A stretch of 64,000 nucleotides of DNA from Auanema rhodensis. Lineage: Eukaryota > Animalia > Nematoda. Location of the stretch: NCBI GenBank assembly GCA_964057225.1, contig OZ059897.1, positions 15,438,001 through 15,502,000 of the forward strand, written 5' to 3'. Position numbers and translations under genes: made by a program. Shown here in pieces: positions 26,582-37,700 of this stretch. The notes beneath the pieces were generated by a model. That model was not told where the DNA came from. It saw nothing but the letters and a program-made list of their open reading frames with translations, and searched no databases. The first letter of the stretch is position 1, and every line of letters starts with the position of its first letter.

Positions 26582-29500
26582 ATGACGATTACTGTACTGA
26601 TGGTGGCTGAAAAGCCAATGTTGGCTGAATCTATTGCAAAGCTTCTTTCTGATAATAAATGCGAAAAAAGAAGAGGTTGTTGTGAAAGAATTTCCTAGTT
26701 CAGCTTATTTTTAAGGCTTTAATGGAGCATGTGCCGTTAGTGAGTACTTTGGTACCTTCATGGGAAAATCTGTGAAATTTAAAGTTTTTTTTACTGTCTC
26801 AAAGTTATATCTTTTATGTGTTTTAGGTTACGAGCACATGCGGACACGTCATGACTTTAGACTTTCCAACTAAGTTTAATAATTGGGATAAAACTGATCC
26901 TGTAGATTTATATTCTGCTCCAACATTGAAACTTGAAGCTAATCCTAAATTAAGGATGAATGATGTACTATCAGTGGATTTACACTCTTTAAATGATTTT
27001 GACACTTTTAGTACCTGGCTTCAGAGGCAAAAGGGGCTGAGTATTTAGTGTTATGGTTAGATTGTGATAAAGAAGGAGAAAATATTTGTTTTGAAGTGAG
27101 TTTCGAAAAAGATTGTTTTCCTTGAGTTTTGATGATTTCAGGTGGTCGATGCAGTTCAAAACTCCATGAAAAAACCTCCCAGTGGCAATTTCATGGATAA
27201 CGTGTACAGGTTCTTATGCATCACCTGATACGAGAACAAAAAGAATTTTTTTAGAGCTCATTTTTCTGCTATTACAGAAAAAGATATTAAAGCTGCGATG
27301 CGAAATCTAGGACGTCCTAATAAAAATGAAGCTTTATCTGTTGATGCTAGACAAGAACTAGATTTGCGTGTTGGATGTTCTTTTACGCGTTTCCAAACTA
27401 AATACTTTCAAGTTCGTTCAGATATTTCGATATAATTTTGAACTAAATAGTATAGGGTAAATATGGAGATCTTGATAGTACTGTTATTTCTTATGGACCT
27501 TGTCAAACTCCTACTCTTGGATTCTGCGTGACCCGGCACGATCACATAACCCAATTTAAGGTGAACTGTAAAAATATTAATGTAACAACGTTTTTGTCTT
27601 TAAGCCTGAGCCTTATTGGATTCTTCAAACGTCTTTCCTTACATCAACACAACAAACTATTAAACCCGAATGGCTTAGAGGCCGAATATTTGACAGAGAA
27701 GTAGCTCAGATGTTTGTTGACCGAATAAAGGTAAAGTATGATATATTGATTAGTTTATTTTTGTAATATTCAGAAGGCCGGACAAGCTGATGTGAAAGAT
27801 ATAGTAAAAAAAGAATCTAAACGTGATAAGCCTGCAGCCTTGAATACTGTCGAATTAATGCGTGTAGCTAGTAGTTCATTAGGTATAATATTTCTCTTTA
27901 TTGGAACATTTATTTTTATTTTTATTTAGGTCTCTCTCCTGCTACAACGATGTCGGTGGCGGAACATTTATACACTCAGGGTTATATATCATATCCTCGT
28001 ACTGAAACCACAGCATATTCTAAGAATTTTGATCTTAATGGAACACTTGAACAACAGACTGGGGATAGAATATGGGGAGATATAGCTCAGAAGGTTGGAC
28101 TCATTTGAAAAAGTTTATTATAATAAGTTTAGGTTTTATCTGATGGTATAAAAAGACCAAAAGGTGGGGATGATAAAGGTGATCACCCTCCTATTACTCC
28201 TATGAAAAGAAGTAATGGACAATTAAGTGGAGGTATGCAAATTTTTGAAAAAAAATTAGAATTTACATTGGTTTAAGATATGGCAAGAATTTATGAATAT
28301 GTTGTTCGTCATTTTATTGCTACTTTAATGGGACCTTGTGTATCTGAAGTTACGACTATTCAGTAGGCATTTATATAGAAATTAGTCAAATTAATTATGT
28401 TATTTTACAGCATTACTTGTAATGAAGAACAATTTAGTTTGAAAGGTATTCGTGTAATTGATCCTGGCTTTATGGAAGTTTTGAAGTCGGTGGAAGCGAG
28501 TGATGAAAGCAGTGTCCCTACGTTGAAAAAGGGAGAAACTTTAACGCTATCGTGAGAACTAGTGTTTCTTTAATTTCTATTGTTGAAAATTGTTTAACAG
28601 AGATGCTGCACTTATTGCTAAGGAAACTTCACCCCCGGGATACTTGACTGAATCTGAACTGATCTCTTTAATGGAAAAACATGGAATTGGAACTGATGCA
28701 TCAATTCCTGTTCACATCAACACAATTTGTCAGAGAAACTACGTTACAGTAAGAAATTAGTTCTGAAGATGCATGCAATTTTTCTGTAAGGTTGAATCCG
28801 GACGAAGATTGATTCCAACCAAGTTAGGAATTTCATTAGTTCATGGTTATTGGAGAGTAGATCGGGAGTTAGTGTTGCCGACCATGAGATCAGAAGTTGA
28901 AACTCAGTTGAATCTTATTGCAAAAGGTGAAGCTGATTATTTTGCGGTAGAGTTTTATTCATAGGCAAGTTTTCAAATTGATTGTTTAGGTTAAAAATCA
29001 TGCTTTGGAAATGTTCCGAACGAAGTTCATATATTATGTCAAGAGTATTACTCTTGTTGATTCCTTGTTTGAAGCTTCATTTACTAGTTTGCCTGATGCT
29101 GGAAAGCCATTCAGTAAATGTGGTAAATGTCGTAGATTTATGAAATTAGTTGAAACCAAACCCCAACGACTATATTGTGGCACCTGTCAGGTACTTCAAT
29201 TGTGGTGTATTTTGCTTTCTAAGTATTTTTAATAGGAAACATACTCAGTACCTAATATCAGGGATGGCATTTTACGTGCATTTGGTGACAAGAAATGTCC
29301 TATAGATGATTTCGAACTTATTTATTGGCAGGTAGTAAGAATTACTCATTTCTCTATAAAAAATTATAGGGACCCGGAGGAAAGATTTCGCGAAGCTTTG
29401 TTTTCTGTCCTTATTGCTACAATAATACTCCATTCGAAGAAATGAAGGAAGGAAGTGGATGTGATCTCTGTCCTCACCCTTCATGCCCTCAATCATATAT

Positions 29501-30056
29501 GTAAGCTTTAAAACACTTCTTTACATTTTTATAAATTTTTAAATTTAGTTTATCAGGACTGTGTGGATGTTTACGTGATTGCGGAGGTTTTATTATTACT
29601 ATAACCATTGAATGAATGTTTGTTTTAGGTGTTATGGTTTTGGATCCCAATTCAAGACCAAAATGGAGGTTCTGTTGTAATAAATGTCCATCAGTTGTAG
29701 CTTTATTTGATGGAGCAGGCAAGATCAGAGTTCTTGATCAAGCATGTGAAGAATGTAGTACTCAATATCTGAGTGTAGAATATAAGGTATGCATCACAGG
29801 CAATAAAGGCAATTTATGTATTTCAAATTTTTAGGAAGCTGCTAAATCACCTTTCTCAGATCAAAAGCTTACATGGAAAGGTTGCATTTTCTGCGAAGAA
29901 GATCTTAAAGAACATATTAATCTTCATCATGCTTATAATTCTGATGCTGATCGTGCGAGACAGATTACCACACGTGGTCGCGGTGGAAGAGGTGGACGTG
30001 GAGGTAGAGGTAGAGGACGTGGAGGTAAACGTGGAGCACCTAGAGGCAAACGATGA
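26582..30056 (+). CDS. TOP3B: DNA/RNA topoisomerase III beta (type IA)
   Basis: [14 protein letters not shown] and [11 protein letters not shown], catalytic [29 protein letters not shown]-terminal Cys zinc-ribbon clusters and RGG box ([20 protein letters not shown]) typical of TOP3B. Confidence 0.95.
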
Positions 30057-30439
30057 TTTTCTTAAACTAAAGATTAAATAATAATCTTTTTTTTTTTTTG
30101 AAAAATTGAGCCATATTTTACATAATTATTCCAAACTTCTCAAAAAAGTATTTAATAAGGTGAATATTCAATCTACCTTACGTGTTACCACGTTAAATGA
30201 AACAAGCATATTTCATTTTTCATTTATTTGAGTACTGATACGGTTGTATTACCATACTCTACAACTTTTTCTATAAAGAGTTGGTGTACGCGTATTATGA
30301 TTTAATCCTAACGATACATTTTTGAATATAGAATATATATCTAGATCGGGCTTTATTTATACTTCTTTTTTTCTGGATTTAAATTAATTGTTATATTATG
30401 TACAATGTAAAGCTTCTGTTGGATTGTAAACGGGATTTA

Positions 30440-31767
30440 AGTACATTTATTTTAATTCTTAATAAGAATGCATTTTTTCATTTTGTAGACTTTTGAAATT
30501 TGCGATGTACATAATAATACATAATAAATTGAAATAAAACAATTTATTCCAAATATCTTTAAAATAAAACCTATTATTCACATACAAGTAGTCATCAATA
30601 ACACTGATTTTTTGTATGAAAGACCAACGTGGCCAATGTGAGATGAGTAGAATCTTAAAGGTGAACAAGAAAGAAAAGATAAAACATTAAGAGAATAATA
30701 TATATGTATATATATGTATATATACTTATTTATATGTGATTATAATTAATTAAAAAAAGCTTTATATTGATAGATATGGAAATATATGAACTATCAACGG
30801 ATTGCACATTCAACGGATCCTTTCCTTACTAATCACCCGCTTCTCAGTCGCATATATTTGATGATATAACATCGTAATATATACTATATAGTTATATACG
30901 TATACATATATGCATATATATATGAATTTTGATAATATGTATAGTTAAAGCTTAGGTTGGAATTTGCTGACGTGAGAAGCAAGCACGTTCGGTTCGGGAT
31001 ACGGGTTCCGACGGACTCGGGCGTGAAAGACTCTCTCGGGTGAGACAACGGGAATGAAAAACATCACAATAGTAGGTAGTGTGCGTACTCTCTGCAAAAG
31101 AATCAAGTAATAGGAGGAAAAATAGAAAGAGGTGGTAGTGAGGATAATTTGTTTAAGTTTTCTATAATAGGGTGGTTATGAGTATTGAGGTTCCAATTGA
31201 GAAGAGGATTGGGATAAGAACAAATGACGGAAAGTTGGTCTGGGTAGTTAGAGAAAACACACAGATTAATACGCAATGAAGGGTGGGGTGGGGGCATAAA
31301 AATAGAAGTTAAGTTAAGAAAACTAGGGAAGGAAACTCTTGGCCTGGGGGATACAAGATGCAAGCATTTACGATAGCTTGAAGAGCTTGTCAGAGCCAGA
31401 GGAAGGTCAGAAAGAACGTCGGGTAGATGCACGAGCCTGAGAATAGGCGGCTTCCGTGCCGAGACTCAAGAATTGCAAAGTAACCTAAGAAAAACAAAAT
31501 TAAAAATAAACAAATGAGAAACAGAATAGATTATAAAAGAAGAGATGATGAGGGAGAGTAAGAGATGTCAGTACGTGAGAATCAGATTTAGAAGTTGATA
31601 TATCGGCATCTGATGTACACAAGCAGTGACATGTTGTGGCAGTGAGCTGTACCCAGAAATTATATTAAGAAGATATTATAATCCGAATATGAAGTTTAGA
31701 GAAGAACAGCATATTTAGTGAATGAAGACCTAAGAGCTTTTGTGACACAAATGATAGCTGAGCGAGA
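30440..31767 (-). other. Probable long lin-42 3' UTR, converging on the TOP3B 3' end
   Basis: No convincing ORF between the lin-42 stop and TOP3B; minus-strand AATAAA candidates at 30446-30451 and 30543-30548; true 3' end unknown. Confidence 0.55.
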
Positions 31768-34700
31768 TCAGGCGCTTTCATGAAGCATCATCAGGGAGTC
31801 AGGAACCATGCTAGCTGCTTGGCTAGATGGAGTTGGTGGAGCGACAACCTTTTGAAGCTTGGAACTTGATGCAGTTGTTGATGTTCCATTTGTACTGCTG
31901 CTGGCAACAGTAGCTGTAGTAGCAGATGCTGCACCGCCGGCCGATGAATGACGACAAGCGTACAGAAGGCGTCCGGCTGGTGGTAATGCGATCATCAATG
32001 GTTCAGTGTTTGTTTGTATTACTGATGGTTGATCTTGAATGGTCAAAGCAATTGGCTGAGGAAGATCGCGGAGTGGGACTGCTTTTGGCATTACAGCGGT
32101 GAAAGCCGACGTTGTGGTTGGAACTGCAGACATGGAATATGAGTCTGACTGGCCGAGAGGCACAGAAGTGATCTGCAAAAACAAGTATATTAGTAATGTT
32201 CTCTTAAAAAGTGTATACCTCATAGTTTTTTCCTGGAGGTGGAGGTGGATTAGGGGCCAAACTGCGGTAGTATTCTTCACGTTGAGCAACAGTCCAGTGG
32301 GTTGGAGGAGTGGATGATGTACTAGGACGCGCATGCTTTGTCAACGGACTTCCAGGTAGAAGTTCGTTGGACATTCGTTTCAGGCGTCGATTCCAGGTGT
32401 CACGGTATTCTTCTTCCCACCTCTTGTTGTGCTGCATTAATGCTTCTCTAGTCAATGGGATAGAGGAAGAACTCGATCTGAAACAAGTAAAGTTAATACA
32501 AGAATTTTTTGTTTCATGCCCAAATTTTCTAGTTTCCCATAAAGAGCTTAAGAAATATTTTGGTGTCCTGAAGGTCCATGGTTGACCTTAAGTCCCCCCA
32601 GCACCTATCTGACATGATTGACCCTAGGCGGCTACCTTCTTCTCTAGGGTGGCAGGATTGTCCCACGTTGCAGAAAAAGAGAGGCGAAGAGAAAAGGAAA
32701 TAAAAGAGAGAGAGAGATGAAAAGGCCAGGCGAGAATGAGAGGTTATAAGAGAGAAAACGAGTAGCTGGTCAGACTGTTTACGGGTTCTTTCCCTCTTAC
32801 CTCGGCTATTCTGTTTCTATCTCTCGTTCGTTATTCTCTCATTCTCTTCTTTCCACGCGTGTACTGCTTGTTGTTGTTGTGCAAAGACCCTATATGGCCT
32901 TCAAAACGGGACTGGGGGTCCGTGCGACAAACAACCACCTGGTACCAATAGGTCAGCTGGTCAGACAGTACTCATCATTCAGAGATATCAGACGCTCAGA
33001 AGAACTCAATGAATACAAATAGATACATTTGACGATGACTTGCACTTTGACATTGATGAAAGAGAAGAGAAGAGAAGAAGAGATACGAGAAGAAAATGGA
33101 GTATAGAATGCGAATAACACCGTTAACAAGAGAGAGAGTAAAGTGAAAGGTAAGAGTATTCTTATCAGTAAGTTAGAAAGGAGATCATTAGCATAAACAA
33201 CAACCTTATTGTAATCTATCTATCTAGAAACACAGAAGAAATATTTTATGATCATGTCGAAAACTAAAACCATTGCTAGCCGAAAGATTGTTCAAATAGC
33301 ATGTGATGATATTCATAGAAAACTTAATCATATTCAAGCAAAATTCATAAGAGTATATGAGTATATGAATGATATTACATAGTACTAACTCACTGACTAT
33401 ATGTATACCAAAGATAGTTTGATAGAAAGCAAAAAGTAAAGACTGTAGTAGATGGAAACAGCAATATGAATGCTATATGATGCAGAGAACAACAATAATT
33501 CACAATCGTTTGCTGAAGTTGCTGTTTCCCTCGTTCTCTTTATTCTCTTTTTTAGTCACTCTCTGTAAAACAGAAAACAAACGATAGTCATCATCGAGAT
33601 TCCACCTAGTTCTCTTTGTTGTCTGTTTTCAAACCATCTTATGGCGGCAGTAGCTTGCTGTTTACTGGATACAGTTTTTTTTATGAAAGAACACAGCAAT
33701 GGAAAATCTTCTATGGTAGACAACGTGCTTTTCCTATGATTGCCCTCTTTACGGTTCTCTCATTCTCATCTTATTCTCTCTATACACAATCACTCTCGTA
33801 ATATCGATGTTATGCCAAGAACGACAACCATTGTTCCACTCTATTATAGCATGTGGTTGTAGTTCATAAGCCTGACAAAAAGCTAGTTATTGGTCAAAAT
33901 TGTGAAGCATTCTGTCTACTTAGCATCAGTTTGTATGTAAGTCAGTGTGACCCTGGACGTAATTATTCTTTTTTCTTTTGCAACAAGCCAGACATATTTT
34001 TCTTTTTGTTTTCTGTAGAAAACTGTCTGTGGAACATGGTTACAAAGATATGTGATGAATGTTTGGGTTCACTTGTACCCGGTCGTACTTCATCTAATTT
34101 TCTTCATTAAACCAGTTCTTTTCCAACTGGGAAGTACGAGATCAGTAACACTATTTATGTTGACATACAGGCTGATAGAAAGAAGTGAAAACAGAAAAAA
34201 AGGCGAAATAGTAGTTAAAACAGTTTGAAAAAATTCTCGTTTCCCATTTTAATCTGCAAAAGAAGAGTGCAGCTGTTGGAGGTCAAAATTGCTTGGCTAA
34301 AGCGATTGCAGCAGCGGTTTCGGTTTCTTGCCCGAGGCGCCTAAACCACAGCTAGGACGTACCAGGCACCCATCAGACGAGCCAGTGAGGCAGGATGAGT
34401 GAGAAGCTCCCCCAAGCTTACGCAGCTCATCTTTTAATCAATTTTCAGCCAAATAACTAACACAAGAAGCAATGGGAAGTATCAGGACTTTTAAGTAAAC
34501 TTTGAAACAAACCTTTGACTATCTTCTTTAGAGAGACTGGATGAGGAATCATTTCGGATGGGTGATTCTGGTCTTGATTGGGATTTAAGCAATCTATGAA
34601 CATTCTCCAAACAATTAATTTGTGTATAGGATAATGGAAGATCACAAGCTCCCATCAGAGTGGTTTCTTCTTTAACAGTTCCTGAGATAAGCTAAAATGA

Positions 34701-37700
34701 AATTTATTACTCTGTTTTCTTAAATAAAGTATATACCTTAGACAGTTGTTGTCTGTCAGTACCCGTAGATGTATGAATTGGTGGCTGATTTTGAACCACC
34801 GGAGGTTGTTGTTGTCCGTTGACTACGAGAGTTTCAACGATCCGGTCTATGTAGGCTCCGAGATCAACAGGCCTGGACGTCTGATGAAAGATCGTGGACA
34901 GACGTCCTGCTGCTGCGGCAGCCACGATGGCACCGTGTGGAGCTTGCGTGGCGCCTACGACTGAAGACGGGTTAACAGCAGTTACGGCAGCCGTGTTGGC
35001 GTTCAGAACTCGATGTGACGTTACTGAATCAGTTGCTTGGAGCTCGTAAGGAATTTCGGTGTTCGGGTTTTTCTGATGACCGACACTTGCGGCAGCCACG
35101 GCGGACGACGATTGATGATGGTGATGGTGATGATAGTGATGATGGTTTCTGTTGTTAGCAACAGCTCCAGATGATGGGCCAGTTGATCCGAGAACAACAC
35201 CACTGCTTCGGGAAGATGACGGCACTGGCTAAAAAGATATTACAGTCAGAATCGGCGAAAACTTCATATTGTTGAAAGCTATGTCTATTCTAGTTATTGC
35301 TTTTCCGAAAACGGAAATCAGGGTAGAGAATGTAAGAGTTCAGCTGGTGTGCCAGCGAGGAGATAGTTAAAGCATTTGATCAGGATAAGTAGCAATTATG
35401 CAAAAAAATGAGAAAGGAGAGAAGAGTCAAATGAACTTATGAAGGACAAAGCACAAAGGAGTTTAAAGCAAATGCGTTGAAGCTATAAAGCATCACTGGA
35501 GAGAAGTTCACAAAGTGCGAGTGCTTTTTTGATTCACGCATGATTTCTTGGTTAGTAAGCATATAAGCTTGGCATATTAGCATTTTTTCGTGAAAGCTAC
35601 TCTAACTCTAGCAGAAGCAAAACTAAAACATAGAAAGCATATATAATTCTAAATAATCAATGAATAATTGAAGACATTTAGAATTTATATAAATGACTGG
35701 TCAATGAAGGACAGTAGTGGGAAGCTTTCATAGTACTAATATGCAGCTATATTAGATGACCAAACCAGACAGTCTCTTTCAATTCTTTCACTAGCTTAGC
35801 TATCTTCTACAATACTCTTCTATTCTCTTCACTTCTCTCACAGCTTGTGTGTGTAGAGAAAGGTTGTAATCGAGGATGGCTAACGACGCAATGGCGGAAG
35901 TTGCTCGACACGCCTCGAACGGAGAAAAGGAGAATGCTTTATTCATTCTTAGCCTTTTCTCTTCATACAATACGTTATATAGGCCATTCTCTAATATTTC
36001 TATCTCTACGTTCTATGCTTGCTCTTCATTGCTGTCTGTGTATAATATTGAGCATATATATGTATATCTCTTTCTCTCTCCCTCTCTCTCTCTTTCACTC
36101 TCAGTATGTCTATCTATCTCTCATCTCCCTCCCGCAAGGTGTGTGTCTAGATGTGTGTATGCTTCGCAACGTAAACATAGTACACGGAAGGAACTGTGCA
36201 ACCGGCTGGCTCATTTGCTGTAGCCTACTATGGCCGGCTATCATGTCCTGCTGAACACCAAGTAGTAATCGAGGGAAGTTCAAGGAATAGTAAATGACGA
36301 AACATAAGCAAATAATCGATTTTAATAGTGATAGTTAGTATATATAGTAGATGTATATAGGAGAGAAAAGTTGATAGAAGGTACTTAGTAAGTAGGCAAC
36401 ATTCGAACATAACACAGTGCGTAAAACTACATATATGTATATGTATGTCTTACTCATATATAAAGATATTGAATGTATATTATATACTATAACGTTATAT
36501 ATATATATATATATATATAAATATTAGTAATTTGTTTAGATGTAGAAATAATAGGATTATAGTAAGGGAACACGAGTATGAAATAGAAATAACTCAAAAT
36601 AGGAAAGAAAACTAGCAAAATTAATGTGAAAAAAAAACCAAAAAGATTAGGAAATATGAATCAAGTCATTTTGCTTGTACATAAAACATAGCGAAAAGTG
36701 TGTCTGGTTCTGTTTCTGTATATACGGACTGTGCCATGTCAAGATTCCAGATTTATCAGACTACGAGACCGACGACAATATGAACTGTGAACGTCAACAG
36801 ACACACGTCGTACTCTCTACCAAACCGTTCATAACAACACTCAACACAGGGCCATTCAGGTACCCTCGGGGGCGGAGTTGAATACTTGCGCACTACGGGC
36901 CATATTAGGCAGAAAGGGCGGGACAATAACATAGGACAGTGTTGTGGTGGGAGGCTGGTGGTTGAGAAGGCAAAGAGAATAAGGGAAGAGAAACAGATAG
37001 AGAAAGAAAGAGTAAAAGAGTAGAAGATGAGAACCAAGTAGTGAAAACGTGATTAGGTTGGTCTGAAACAGTTCCATTTTCTCTCTCTTTCTATTTCATA
37101 TAAACAGGGAGAGAGGAAAAAAGCATTTATGTATATATCCAAAGAGAAAGAGAGAGAGAAATGTTTTTCCTAATTGTTTTGAACATATAAGTATAAATAT
37201 GCAAGTTTCGAATAAATAAAAATTATCTAATTCAATAGTCTGAACTTTTATTTCATAATCTCTGATATTCTTTCTCAAATCAATGTTTTATATGAACTGT
37301 ATAGACTAGTACGAACTATGTGCTAAACAGACACATTATCCATATAAAATGAGAAGCTTGATGGTAAGAGCACTGTTTGTAACTTGATATAGAGATAAGG
37401 GGGTAGCACTGCTTGGCCCACGCATCCGGCAAAGATGAGGCGTCAGTCATCACAATCGTTAAAGAACCATATGTTTCAAAAAAAATCAGAGAATAATAAA
37501 AGAAAAAAAGATATTCTCAAAGAATAAAATAAGAATAGATTGAGCTGTAGGGCAGCATTTTTTGAACAAAAAAAAAGAAATTTAAATCAAAACTATAGAA
37601 TGTGTTTTCAATTTCAGAATAGACAATAAACATTTATAAGAAAGGTAAATTAGTTGATTGGAACATGAATGATACTAGTTAGCATTAACACTTAAAACCA

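Noticed and set aside
30001-30013. Tandem GAGGTAG identical to the let-7 seed
   Set aside because: Lies in the TOP3B RGG-coding sequence (GGA GGT AGA); no hairpin, and beyond the likely lin-42 3' end.
31408-31485. Possible alternative last lin-42 exon (TTCTTAG|GTT ACT TTG...TGA)
   Set aside because: The ORF ending at 31768 already matches the recalled LIN-42 C-terminus (SLMMLHES); no homology support for this exon, though RNA data could revive it.
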